From assembly GCA_964014485.1 (NCBI GenBank), contig CAXHAT010000025.1, positions 1 to 53,163 on the forward strand: a DNA stretch of 53,163 bases, read 5' to 3'. The translations under genes and the position numbers were made by a program. Below, piece after piece: positions 38,620 through 48,113 of the stretch. The notes beneath the pieces were generated by a model that saw only the letters and a list, made by a program, of their open reading frames with translations, was not told the DNA's origin and ran no database searches. This DNA is from an uncultured Deferribacteres bacterium (lineage in GTDB: Bacteria; Zhuqueibacterota; Zhuqueibacteria; Zhuqueibacterales; Geothermadaptataceae). Numbering within the stretch: the stretch's first letter is position 1; each line of letters begins with the position of its first letter.

Positions 38620-39368
38620 GCGGCTTCAACGCCCAGAATCGACCGGACTTCCTGGCGAAACTCAGTTTCTGTCGCGGTCAATGACCGAATACGTTTGAGG
38701 GCGATTTCACGAAAGCGGCGGCGGGCGAAGGCGAGGTAGTTGGTGACTTTTGTTTCCGGGAGGTCGAACCGCGCGGCAAGCGATTTGTATGACGGGCGCT
38801 CCGGGGCGGCTTCTAATTCATAGAGTTTAAAAATCTCAAAGTAGAGATTCTTATTCGCGCTCTTAAGTTCGTTCTCGAGTGCGACGACGGATTGTGCAAA
38901 GAACGCGCGCAGCCATTCTTGCTCAAAAAACACGTCCGGTTCGGCATTGTCGGCGGCAATTTCCCGCCATTCCTGATTGGCGGATTCAAAATCGAGCGAT
39001 TTCATCACAACTTGCCCGCCGCGCTTGATGCGCCCAGCCGCTTTGATTTCGTTCATAACGAAGCGGTCGATGCAAGTGCGCAAAAATGTTCGAAACAGAG
39101 CTTTTTCAGGATTGAAAGAATTCAGGTATTCTTTTTCCAATAAAACGGCAAAGAACGCCTGCGTCAAATCTTTCGCGTCTTCATTTGATTTTTGCCATTT
39201 CATGCGAATGTAAAAATAAATCGGCTTCCAATACGCCTCGGCAATGGTTGAAAATGCGCGCTCTCGCTCCTGTGCATTTTCGCTGCTAACAGCCTTGATC
39301 GCCGACCAGCGCGTTTTAGGAAACCGTTCCGCGTCGCCGCCAATTTTCGTTTGATCTTTTGGAAGCAT
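38616..39368 (-). CDS. ECF sigma factor, kinase-associated type
   Basis: FPKTRWS, YWKPIY, DAKDLTQAFF, FRTFL and FEQEW; region 4 HTH; ATGA overlap with kinase. Confidence 0.88.
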   Translation of the reverse strand: MLPKDQTKIGGDAERFPKTRWSAIKAVSSENAQERERAFSTIAEAYWKPIYFYIRMKWQKSNEDAKDLTQAFFAVLLEKEYLNSFNPEKALFRTFLRTCIDRFVMNEIKAAGRIKRGGQVVMKSLDFESANQEWREIAADNAEPDVFFEQEWLRAFFAQSVVALENELKSANKNLYFEIFKLYELEAAPERPSYKSLAARFDLPETKVTNYLAFARRRFREIALKRIRSLTATETEFRQEVRSILGVEAA

Positions 39369-39472
39369 GAGTCATTCTTTTTGTGCTCAAAAATACTTGA
39401 AGAAAATTAAGCTGTGATTCCGCTCATTCGCAACGAAAATCAAGCCGCGGTCCTGTGGAAACATCGTTTGCC

Positions 39473-39501
39473 TTGTCAACTACCGCACTCCGATTTATAT
39501 T
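39473..39501 (+). promoter_or_regulatory. Candidate sigma70 promoter TTGTCA-N17-TATATT
   Basis: Near-consensus boxes upstream of the MOSC gene. Confidence 0.45.
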
Positions 39502-39543
39502 GGAGCTGACTCAATTTACGAACTGTATGGAGATATCAAAATC

Positions 39544-40014
39544 ATGCAAGATACCGGCAAACTCGAAGCGATCTGGATAAAGCGTTTTAAACAAGGCCCG
39601 ATGGACGCTTGTGATTCAGCAGAAATTTCGAAGGGTAAAGGGCTGAAAGACAACGCAAATCAAGGCGGAAAACGCGCGATTACGATTATTTCGCAAGATC
39701 AATGGCGCGAGATAATGGGAGAACTTAGTGCTGATCTCGACCCTTCGACGCGGCGCGCCAATCTAATGGTCTCCAGCATCGATCTGCCAAATAGCCGAGG
39801 CAAGATTTTGCAAATCGGCGAGGCGCGCATCCGAATTTGGGGCGAAACACGTCCTTGCCACTTGATGGAAGCCGCTTTGGCCGGTCTACAAGAAACGATG
39901 AAACCGGAGTGGCGCGGCGGCGCTTTTGGCGAGCCGTTAAATGATGCTGAGATTTCTGTTGGTGATTCCGTTCAATGGATGACCGAAGAAGCGCCTGAAA
40001 GTTCAGTCATTTAA
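39544..40014 (+). CDS. MOSC domain protein
   Basis: RAITII, RRANL, TRPC..M, WRGG and ISVGD. Confidence 0.88.
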   Translation: MQDTGKLEAIWIKRFKQGPMDACDSAEISKGKGLKDNANQGGKRAITIISQDQWREIMGELSADLDPSTRRANLMVSSIDLPNSRGKILQIGEARIRIWGETRPCHLMEAALAGLQETMKPEWRGGAFGEPLNDAEISVGDSVQWMTEEAPESSVI

Positions 40015-40130
40015 AAAACACATTTTGGCTTCAAAGTTTGTTGACGGAAAAATGGGCGGCAAAAATAATTTTGAATAAGTGACGTTACGCGCAGCCAAGC
40101 ATTTCCCGAAACCCTGGCGCAAATAGCGCC

Positions 40131-40251
40131 TCATTCCCAAACCGGAGTTTGGGAATGAAAATGGGCGCGAAACTCCAGTTTCGAACCAAAGACCTCAGTC
40201 GAAACTGGAGTTTCGAGTGCAATTGCGTTCCCAATCCCGAGATTGGGAACG
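40131..40251. repeat. Symmetric four-hairpin REP-like cluster
   Basis: TCATTCCCAAAC..GTTTGGGAATGA, CGAAACTCCAGTTTCG, TCGAAACTGGAGTTTCGA and CGTTCCCAATC..GATTGGGAACG. Confidence 0.75.
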
Positions 40252-40298
40252 AGAATTTTGGAAGTCTGTTTGTTCAGCAAATGTATTCATCTTGCTCT

Positions 40299-40486
40299 CT
40301 ACCTGACACTTTTTTGTAAACTGCGTTCTCGAGCTGCCGAAAGGCCACGTTTTGTCATTCTGCAGGAATCTTTGTTATCGCCCAGTACAGATCAGTTCAA
40401 GCGCCGGATCAAAAAAGATGCTTCCAGCATGACAATTCCGGCGTCTCTCGCCAGTCTTAGACGTCTATAAAAAAAGTGTCAGGTAG
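40299..40486. mobile_element. MITE with 17-bp perfect TIR CTACCTGACACTTTTTT
   Basis: TIRs at 40299-40315 and 40470-40486; core related to 13875-13968. Confidence 0.75.
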
Positions 40487-40580
40487 TGAATCATTTTGTG
40501 CCATACATTTTTCTGTCAAAACGTTTCTACGATCCTCAGAAAAACAAAATCTCTTCGCCAAAACAAATTCCCCGCTTTGT

Positions 40581-40608
40581 AAACTTTTCCCAATCATACT
40601 GTGTCTAT
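40581..40608 (+). promoter_or_regulatory. Candidate autoregulatory ECF promoter AAACTT-N16-GTCTAT
   Basis: AAC/GTCTA pattern about 20 nt upstream of the ECF start codon. Confidence 0.5.
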
Positions 40609-40627
40609 CGACCGGGAAAGGGAAGAT

Positions 40628-41224
40628 ATGGAACATCATGAAATTCACGATATAGATCGCGCCCGCAACGGCGACCACCAGGCGTTTCGTTCGATTGTTG
40701 AGCAGTATAAAATCGGCGTTTACTCGGTGGCCTATGATTTAGCCGGTAACAGGCACGACGCGGAAGATTTGACGCAGGAAGTATTTATTAAAGCGTTCCG
40801 TTCGCTCAAATCTTTTCGCGGCGACGCCAAATTGAGTTCATGGCTTTATCGAATTGCTGTGAATACGCATTTAAACAAGACCCGAAAAAAGGCGCTTTCT
40901 TCAATGAACTTGCAGGAAGATTTCAGTTTGCAAGCGAGCAATGCCGATGCTTTCAGCGGCAAAGATTTTTCCGGCAATCCAGAGAAAAGCGCGGAATCGA
41001 CAATGATTCAAATTCACATTAAAAAAGCGCTCAATGTATTGGCCCCGAAGGAACGCGCGGTTTTCACCCTGCGACATTACCAGGATTTGCCGCTCAAGGA
41101 AATTGCGCTCACGCTCGAAGTGGCGGAAGGCACGGTCAAGAGTTTGCTTTTTAGAGCAGTAAGAAGAATGCAAAAAGAACTGGCGTTTTATCGCCAAGAC
41201 CTTGGATTGGAGGACGCTTCATGA
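40628..41224 (+). CDS. ECF RNA polymerase sigma factor
   Basis: DAEDLTQEVF, SSWLYRIAVN and EIA..GTVKSLLFRA. Confidence 0.95.
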   Translation: MEHHEIHDIDRARNGDHQAFRSIVEQYKIGVYSVAYDLAGNRHDAEDLTQEVFIKAFRSLKSFRGDAKLSSWLYRIAVNTHLNKTRKKALSSMNLQEDFSLQASNADAFSGKDFSGNPEKSAESTMIQIHIKKALNVLAPKERAVFTLRHYQDLPLKEIALTLEVAEGTVKSLLFRAVRRMQKELAFYRQDLGLEDAS

Positions 41225-42066
41225 AGTGTCAAACATGTCAGGAACAGTTTTCCGAGCTTTTTTACGACGAGATTTCCGAAGACGCTCGCAAGCGGTTAGA
41301 AAAACATTTGGCCGATTGTGCGGATTGCAAAAAATCTTATGAAGAATTCGCCGCCGTTCTTGGCGTTATGGCCAAACGCGAACGCCCGGAACCGAGCGCT
41401 GAATTTTTGGACAGCCTTTGGGCGAACGTTGCGCCAGAGCTTCAGAAACCGTCGGCGCCGCAGAATTCAATCGCAGGTAAAATCAAGCAAGCCTTTGCCG
41501 GACTTTTGGCGCCGGTTCCTAAATTTGCTTTCCATATATCTGGAGCAATTGCGTTGTTTGTGATCGGCATTGCCGTCGGAAAAATCTATTTCACAAGCCC
41601 GGAAACCTCCTCGCAAGAAATCGCTTCACATCGTTCGTCCGAGAACCTGGCGCAGCAGACGGCGTTGGATGAACGCAGCCAGGCATATTTTGAAAAATCA
41701 AAAATTCTTCTTCTCGGCATGGTCAATTTCGACGCCGACGAAGACGACCCATATCTTCTCAACCTCCCTTTTAACAAGCGTCTTTCCACTGACCTTGTCC
41801 GCGAAGCGGCCGTCCTCAAAGACGATTTGGCGTTTTCCGGCAGGAACCGATTGAGCCAGCTTGTGGAAGACCTTGAAATTATCTTGCTGCAAATCGCCAA
41901 TCTTGAAGAAGACGTTGATTTGCCCGCGATTGAGTTGATTCAAAACACGGCGCAAAATACGGGCGTCTTGCTCAAAATCAACGTTGAACAGATGCGGCGT
42001 GACGCGGCGAGCCAAAGCAGAATAAAAAATAGTTCCCCGACTTCTCCAACCGGAAAGGAGTTATAA
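41221..42066 (+). CDS. Zinc-finger (HxxxCxxC) transmembrane anti-sigma factor
   Basis: MKC..HLADCADC and a single TM; ATGA overlap. Confidence 0.88.
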   Translation: MKCQTCQEQFSELFYDEISEDARKRLEKHLADCADCKKSYEEFAAVLGVMAKRERPEPSAEFLDSLWANVAPELQKPSAPQNSIAGKIKQAFAGLLAPVPKFAFHISGAIALFVIGIAVGKIYFTSPETSSQEIASHRSSENLAQQTALDERSQAYFEKSKILLLGMVNFDADEDDPYLLNLPFNKRLSTDLVREAAVLKDDLAFSGRNRLSQLVEDLEIILLQIANLEEDVDLPAIELIQNTAQNTGVLLKINVEQMRRDAASQSRIKNSSPTSPTGKEL

Positions 42067-42067
42067 A

Positions 42068-43897
42068 ATGTGGTTAAGCAGTAGAAGAGTTCTGGAATCC
42101 CGCACACACGTGAACGGCAAAAAACAAGCACCTAAGCTCCGTGCTATTTTCTGGATTTGCGCGAGCAGTATGGTTCTCCTTCTTCCATCTTTGATCGCGG
42201 CGCAATCGCTGGAAGAGCGTCGTGAAGCGATGGAAAAGCGGAGGCTGGAAATGATGCGGCGGCAATCAGAACTTTCTGGTCGCCTTGCACAATCTCGCGG
42301 TTCATATGCTAGGAGTGCGCTGCAATATTCCGGCTTGCGAGGCCGGATCGGCGAATCCGTTGCGCAATTTGCTGAAGCGTCTGAATATTTGCATCATTCA
42401 GGACAGGATGAAGTCAGCAAGGCGTACGCGGAAGCCTACCAGTTTATTTCGACGGGCGAGTACGCTAAGGCGATAGCGTCATTTAAGGCTTTTGTCGAAA
42501 AATATCCCAAAACGCGATACACCGATGACGCTGAATATTGGATTTGCTACAGCCGGGAAAAACAAGGCGAATCGCCGCGAGCCGCCTTTGATTGTTACCA
42601 CAATTTCGTCAAAAGACACCCGCGCAGTAATTACGCGGATGACGCCAAGTCCGAAGTGATTCGCATCGGACGGCGTTTGGCCAGAAGCGGCGACCGGTCG
42701 GTGGAAACCGTCTTACAAGAGTATCAAAAAAGCGATGCTGAAGAAGTCAGCCTGGCTGCAATTTACGCCCTGAAAGAGATCGGCGACGACGCAGCTTTTG
42801 ATGCGATTTACAACCTCTACACCAGGGGCGGCAGTGAAAAATTGCGGGCCAAGATCGTCTACGTCCTTGCAGATTTTGAGAGCGATAAGGCGGCCGCCAA
42901 GCTCGCTGAAATCGCAAGGAATGATGAATCTGCAAACCTGAGGAAACGAGCCGTCCAGGCTTTGGGCGATCATGGCGGCGCGGGCGCTGTCGCAACGCTG
43001 AAAGAAGTGGCGTTAAAAGATGAAAACGTCAACGTGCGCAAGTCTGCGATTTACGCGATTACCGAGCTTGAGATTCCGGACTTGATTCCGTTCTTGAAAA
43101 ACATTGCGATCAACGAAGAGAATTCGGCGGTGGCGCGCAGTGCCGCGCACAGTATTTCTGAATTGAAAAACACTCAGACGCTCGCAGCTTTGGAAGAAGT
43201 GCTGAAAGACGCAAAAAACGTGAACGTACAAAAAGCAGCGCTTTACGCTATTGCTGAGACGGATAACAGCCGGAAAACGGACGTCTTGCAGGCGGTTATT
43301 TACGGCGACGGCAACGCGGCGCTGAAAAAAGCTGCCGTCTACGCCATTGCCGAGTCCAAAAATGATGACGCTCTGGCGGCGCTGCAAGAAATTTTGCAGA
43401 AGAGCCCTGAGTACGAAGTACAGAAAGCAGCGCTGTATCAAATCGGTGAAGCGGGCGGGCAAAAATCGCGAGACATTCTATTCCAGACCGCGGTTTCAGA
43501 CGCGAACGAGAATCTCGCCAGAGCCGCCGTCTATGCTCTGGAAGACGCTTTGGAAAAAGGCGACTCAGGGCCGTTTCTTGAAATTGTAAAACGGAGTAAG
43601 TCGTCGCGCGTTCGTCAGGCCGCGATGTACAAGATCGCCGAACACAAGTCTGAAGAATCTCTGCGTGTTTTACACTCCATTCTTAAAGAAACCGACGATG
43701 TGGAGCTGAAGCGGAAAACAGTCCACCAAATCGCCGAAAGCAAGTCCGACAACGCCGTCGATATTTTGCAGCAAGTCATTAAATCGGAAACAAATCTCCG
43801 TGTACGCAAGGCCGCCGTGAACGCTCTCGGCGATATCGGTACGCCCAAAGCGCGCCGGGCGTTGTTGGAAATTTTAGGAGGAGAAAATGAAAACTAA
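42068..43897 (+). CDS. Exported TPR (BamD-like) plus HEAT-repeat protein
   Basis: Signal-like N-terminus; FVEKYPKTRYTDDAEYW; repeats of about 31 aa with AxYAIAE; AAGGAG RBS. Confidence 0.85.
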   Translation: MWLSSRRVLESRTHVNGKKQAPKLRAIFWICASSMVLLLPSLIAAQSLEERREAMEKRRLEMMRRQSELSGRLAQSRGSYARSALQYSGLRGRIGESVAQFAEASEYLHHSGQDEVSKAYAEAYQFISTGEYAKAIASFKAFVEKYPKTRYTDDAEYWICYSREKQGESPRAAFDCYHNFVKRHPRSNYADDAKSEVIRIGRRLARSGDRSVETVLQEYQKSDAEEVSLAAIYALKEIGDDAAFDAIYNLYTRGGSEKLRAKIVYVLADFESDKAAAKLAEIARNDESANLRKRAVQALGDHGGAGAVATLKEVALKDENVNVRKSAIYAITELEIPDLIPFLKNIAINEENSAVARSAAHSISELKNTQTLAALEEVLKDAKNVNVQKAALYAIAETDNSRKTDVLQAVIYGDGNAALKKAAVYAIAESKNDDALAALQEILQKSPEYEVQKAALYQIGEAGGQKSRDILFQTAVSDANENLARAAVYALEDALEKGDSGPFLEIVKRSKSSRVRQAAMYKIAEHKSEESLRVLHSILKETDDVELKRKTVHQIAESKSDNAVDILQQVIKSETNLRVRKAAVNALGDIGTPKARRALLEILGGENEN

Positions 43898-45536
43898 GCC
43901 TTTCCAAAAGTCATTCCCGCGCAGGCGGGAATCCATAGACACGGCGCCAATTTTAGATTCCCGCCTGCGCGGAAATGACGATGTGCGCGGTATCGCCAAG
44001 GGAACGACTAAATTTTTCGTCACTTGCTTTTTCGTGTTTTGTTGGACGATCTTAGCATTTGCGCAAGAAGTTATCCGTCATCCTTCTCAAACGCAGCCTT
44101 TGACGACGCGTTGGCAATGGTCGCTTGAGAATGCACCGAACAGCGGGAGCTACTGGGTCGGTTACAGCATTGAACGATTGATGCACGAGAATTCTTTTAT
44201 GGGCCATTTCAACAGCGAACATCCACCGACGGAAGTTGTTTTGCATGAACTGATTTACGGCGAAAAAATTGATTCACCGGTGTTTGAGCGTAAATCGGAT
44301 GATGAAGTTATCCGTGATTTGGCCAAACGAAATTTGCAAGTCGGGGAGAGAAAGCAAGCGCCCGCTAAGAAAGTTTTGAAGGAGGTTGCGCTGCTCTTTT
44401 TCTATGACAAGGAGCAGAGCGGCGTCGTTCCTTTGCACAAAATCTATCGTTCGAACGTTGCGTTGGCATTTGATTTTAAAGGTTTCCCGTTGGTTTGGCT
44501 GGGCAAAGCCCGAGATCATGAAAGCGTCCCGTTGCTCGCCGGACTTTATGACCGCATCGAAGATCACGATCAAAAAGCGCGGCTCGTTTCGACGGTTGGC
44601 GTCCATGATGATTCGGAACTCGTCGTGCCGCACCTGCGCAAGTATGTTTTTGACGGCGAGACGAAAAAAATCCGAAAAAACGCCGTTTGTGAGCTTGGCC
44701 GTCATAATAAACATGCCGAGGTTCCCGGCATGTTGGAAAAAGTCGCTTTTAGCGATCCTGAAGTGAGCGTGCAAAAAGATGCGGCTTATCGAATCTCACA
44801 ATTACAGACCGCGACGGCCCTGCCGATTCTGAAAGACTTGGTAGATCGGCACCCGGAACTTGCCGTGAAGAAAAGCGCGCTTTATCGCATTTCGCAGAAA
44901 GGCCCGGAGCATGCCGTTAGTCAGTACCTCGCTAATTTAATTTTCCGCAGGGGGATGGATTACAGCCTGCAAAAAGAAGCGCTTTACCGCACTTCGCAGT
45001 ATTCGCCCGAAATTTCCAGGCCGATCTTGACCAGAGTATTGCAAGAGCATTCTGATTTGCCTTTGCGAAAAAACGCTTTGTACCGCATCAGCCAAAAAAA
45101 GAACGACGGAGAGACGCTGGCCATTTTGGAAAAAACGGTATTTGCCGAAACAGAATTTTCACTGCAAAAAGAAGCGCTCTACCGGATTTCCCAGCGACGG
45201 GAGAAGTCGGCGCGCGAAGCGTTGATCAAAATTGCAAGAACGCATCACAACGAAAAGCTGCGCGGCAGTGCGATTTACAGAATAGCACAGACAAAGTCCG
45301 ACGACGCGGTTGTCGTCTTGAGCGAGATCGCGTTTGAAGACGCCAGCCACAGCCTGCAGAAAAAAGCGGTTTATCGCCTGGCGCAAATTCCGAGCGATGC
45401 AAGCGTAAAAAATTTGAAGGAAATCGCTCAAAAGCATCAAAGCGTGAGCATTCGCAAGGAAGCGATTTACCGGCTTGGACGCATGAAAAACAAAGCCGCC
45501 CGCGCGGCGTTGATCGGATTAACCGAGCAAGAATAA
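43887..45536 (+). CDS. Exported HEAT-repeat protein with palindrome-derived N-terminal insert
   Basis: AGGAGG RBS; AFA signal cleavage; repeats AxYRISQ. Confidence 0.85.
   Translation: MKTKPFQKSFPRRRESIDTAPILDSRLRGNDDVRGIAKGTTKFFVTCFFVFCWTILAFAQEVIRHPSQTQPLTTRWQWSLENAPNSGSYWVGYSIERLMHENSFMGHFNSEHPPTEVVLHELIYGEKIDSPVFERKSDDEVIRDLAKRNLQVGERKQAPAKKVLKEVALLFFYDKEQSGVVPLHKIYRSNVALAFDFKGFPLVWLGKARDHESVPLLAGLYDRIEDHDQKARLVSTVGVHDDSELVVPHLRKYVFDGETKKIRKNAVCELGRHNKHAEVPGMLEKVAFSDPEVSVQKDAAYRISQLQTATALPILKDLVDRHPELAVKKSALYRISQKGPEHAVSQYLANLIFRRGMDYSLQKEALYRTSQYSPEISRPILTRVLQEHSDLPLRKNALYRISQKKNDGETLAILEKTVFAETEFSLQKEALYRISQRREKSAREALIKIARTHHNEKLRGSAIYRIAQTKSDDAVVVLSEIAFEDASHSLQKKAVYRLAQIPSDASVKNLKEIAQKHQSVSIRKEAIYRLGRMKNKAARAALIGLTEQE
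43910..43979. repeat. GTCATTCCCGC hairpin inside coding sequence
   Basis: GTCATTCCCGCGCAGGCGGGAATCC..GATTCCCGCCTGCGCGGAAATGAC, same family as 1-55 and 53129-53163. Confidence 0.9.
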
Positions 45537-45546
45537 GGACGTTGCC

Positions 45547-46926
45547 ATGAACAAAAAACAATGCCTGTTTTCCATTTTTGCGGTTGTTTGTCTTTTCTCT
45601 TCATCGTCATTTCTGAGCGCACAAAAAATTATCAAGCACACGGGGCAGTCTTCAGCTTTGAGTCAAAAAATGGTCTGGGCGCAGCAACAAGCGGAAGCGC
45701 GCGTCTGGATTGCCTGGAGCTTTGAGACAATGATGCCCGAAAATCGGTTTGTAGCGACGTCATTTATCATGCGATCAGGAAAAACGAAAATTTCAGGCAC
45801 GATCCACGGCACGTTTGGGGCGAATATGCTTGAAGATCTTTTCGAAGACCGCAATCTCAAATCGATTTACGAGATGGTTTACGACCGCAAGCCGGAAAAT
45901 TGGCTCACTAATTTTAACGATGAAGAAAGCGTTAAGCAGGCGGCGCGGCGCGCACTAAAAAAAGACGCTCTGAAACGGCCTTCCGAAATTGTGATGTTTT
46001 TAGGCTTTGATCGATCTAAAAATGCCTTTGATGCGGTTGAATACCGCAGCATAAACCTGCCGTTTGACTATAACCGCAGGCCGATTTTGTGGTTGGGTAA
46101 GCATGCCGAGGAAGAGAGTGCGACCATGTTGAGAGCCCTTTACGATAGAATTGAAGCGCAGCAAGGCAAAGAAAATATACTCGAGGCTGCGGCGCTGCAC
46201 AAAAAATCAGAATCTGCGTTCGCGCTGCTGGAAAATACGCTGCGCAACGACGGCGATTGGAAATTGAGAGAAGAAGCCGCCTCGTCGCTCGGCAGGTTCC
46301 AGCACGAGTGCGCCGTTAAGGCTTTAACGTTTGCGATTGAAAATGACGCTTCCGAAAAAGTACGCGTTGAAGCCGTCGAAGCTTTGGCCGATCAGGAAAA
46401 TGACGAAGCCTTTGAAGTGTTGAAAGGGATTTTGCAAAAGGGCGGTAGCAGACGAGTGCAAAACGAAGCGCTCGAAGCGATCAGTGACGGCTTCCCGCAG
46501 CGCGCCGAATCGGTTCTGTACGATGTGGCCATGAACAACCCCGAGGAAAGTCTTCAGCGAGAAGCGGTTGAAGCAATTGGCGATCTTAAATACGAAGTTG
46601 CCGCTCCGAGCTTGAAGCATATTCTTTCTGAGCACAAAAGCCCGCGCGTGCGCTCAGAAGCCGTCGAAAGACTGGCGGATTTGGCTTCTCCAAAAATGAT
46701 GATTCCGGTTTTGGAAAACGTTGCCGCGAATGATCCGTCACGTACCGTCCGGGCGCAAGCTCTCGAAAGCCTGGTTGAAGATTTGGGGGAATTAGGCGTC
46801 GAAGCGGCTGTGCGCATCGCACGCACGCACGAGAATCTTGACGTGCGAAAGCAGGCGATCAACGCTCTCGGCGACAGCGACAACCGCACCGCACGCAATG
46901 CGCTGATTCATCTGATTTCGAAATAA
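45547..46926 (+). CDS. Exported HEAT-repeat protein
   Basis: Signal peptide; N-domain paralogous to the 43887 gene (WLG motif); EAVEAL repeats. Confidence 0.85.
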   Translation: MNKKQCLFSIFAVVCLFSSSSFLSAQKIIKHTGQSSALSQKMVWAQQQAEARVWIAWSFETMMPENRFVATSFIMRSGKTKISGTIHGTFGANMLEDLFEDRNLKSIYEMVYDRKPENWLTNFNDEESVKQAARRALKKDALKRPSEIVMFLGFDRSKNAFDAVEYRSINLPFDYNRRPILWLGKHAEEESATMLRALYDRIEAQQGKENILEAAALHKKSESAFALLENTLRNDGDWKLREEAASSLGRFQHECAVKALTFAIENDASEKVRVEAVEALADQENDEAFEVLKGILQKGGSRRVQNEALEAISDGFPQRAESVLYDVAMNNPEESLQREAVEAIGDLKYEVAAPSLKHILSEHKSPRVRSEAVERLADLASPKMMIPVLENVAANDPSRTVRAQALESLVEDLGELGVEAAVRIARTHENLDVRKQAINALGDSDNRTARNALIHLISK

Positions 46927-46932
46927 AATCCG

Positions 46933-48099
46933 TCAAACCGACTCATCCAGCCACGAACGATGATAACCGCGATCTTCAATTTGTAGGGCCGCTTCGGTGA
47001 CCATTAAAGGCTTAAATGTGTCGATCATTACGGCCAACTCGCCCGTCTCTTTTTTGCCAATGCTGCGTTCGTAAGCGCCGGGGTGCGGTCCGTGGGGGAT
47101 GCCGCCAGGGTGCAAAGTGATGTGCCCTTGTTCAATATGATTTCGGCTCATAAAATCGCCGTCCACGTAGTAAAGCATTTCGTCTGAATCGATGTTGGAG
47201 TGATTGTAGGGCGAAGGTATGGCTTGCGGATGGTAGTCGTAGAGTCGCGGGCAAAAGGAGCACACGACAAAAGTGCTGGTTTCAAAAGTCTGATGCACCG
47301 GCGGCGGCTGATGCACGCGTCCGGTGATCGGCTCGAAGTTGTGGATGGAAAAACCGTACGGAAAATTGTAGCCGTCCCAACCGATAACGTCGAACGGATG
47401 CGTCGCGTAAATCAGCTCGTGCAAGCATTGCTGTTTTTTGATTTTCATCACGAATTCGCCGATTTCGTCGTACGTTTCCAAATCTTGCGGCAGTTTGTAA
47501 TCGCGCTCGCAAAAAGGCGAATGTTCGAGTAGCTGTCCGAACCAGTTTCGATAGCGTTTTGGGGTGTAAATCGGGTGAAAAGATTCCGCGTAGAGCAGTC
47601 GATTGTCCTGAGAATCAAACTCGATTTGGTAGATCATACCGCGCGGAATAATCAGATAATCCCCGTATTCAAAAGGAATATTTCCAAACAAGCTTTTCAG
47701 CGTACCTGAACCGCGATGGACGAAAATCAACTCATCCGCGTCAGCGTTTTTGTAAAAATAATCCGTCATCGATTGGCGCGGCGCAGCCAAACCGATATGA
47801 ATATCGTTGTTCACTAGCAAAGGGACGCGGCTTTCCAGGAAATCGTCCGCAGGCGAAACGTCGAAGCCTTGCAGCAAGCGCGCATGAATATTTTTCCCCA
47901 CGGCGATTTTTGGCGACACATCGCGCGATTCATGAACCTCGCGCACCATCGTTGGACGATGCACGTGATAGAGCAGCGAGGCCATGCCGTCAAAGCCAAT
48001 GGTGCCGAAAAGTTGTTCGTTGTAGAGCTTGCCGTTCGGCTGTTTGAAAATGGTATGACGTTTTTGGGGGACTTTGCCCAGCTTGTGATAAATCGGCAT
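46933..48099 (-). CDS. hmgA: Homogentisate 1,2-dioxygenase
   Basis: KNADADE, HPFDVIGWDG, HQPPPVHQTF, PYNHSNIDSDE and HGPHP. Confidence 0.95.
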   Translation of the reverse strand: MPIYHKLGKVPQKRHTIFKQPNGKLYNEQLFGTIGFDGMASLLYHVHRPTMVREVHESRDVSPKIAVGKNIHARLLQGFDVSPADDFLESRVPLLVNNDIHIGLAAPRQSMTDYFYKNADADELIFVHRGSGTLKSLFGNIPFEYGDYLIIPRGMIYQIEFDSQDNRLLYAESFHPIYTPKRYRNWFGQLLEHSPFCERDYKLPQDLETYDEIGEFVMKIKKQQCLHELIYATHPFDVIGWDGYNFPYGFSIHNFEPITGRVHQPPPVHQTFETSTFVVCSFCPRLYDYHPQAIPSPYNHSNIDSDEMLYYVDGDFMSRNHIEQGHITLHPGGIPHGPHPGAYERSIGKKETGELAVMIDTFKPLMVTEAALQIEDRGYHRSWLDESV

Positions 48100-48113
48100 G
48101 TTTAAACCCTCCG

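Noticed and set aside
43000..46900. CRISPR or DNA tandem array
   Set aside because: The periodicity is protein-level HEAT repeats. No identical repeat-spacer units and no cas genes were seen.
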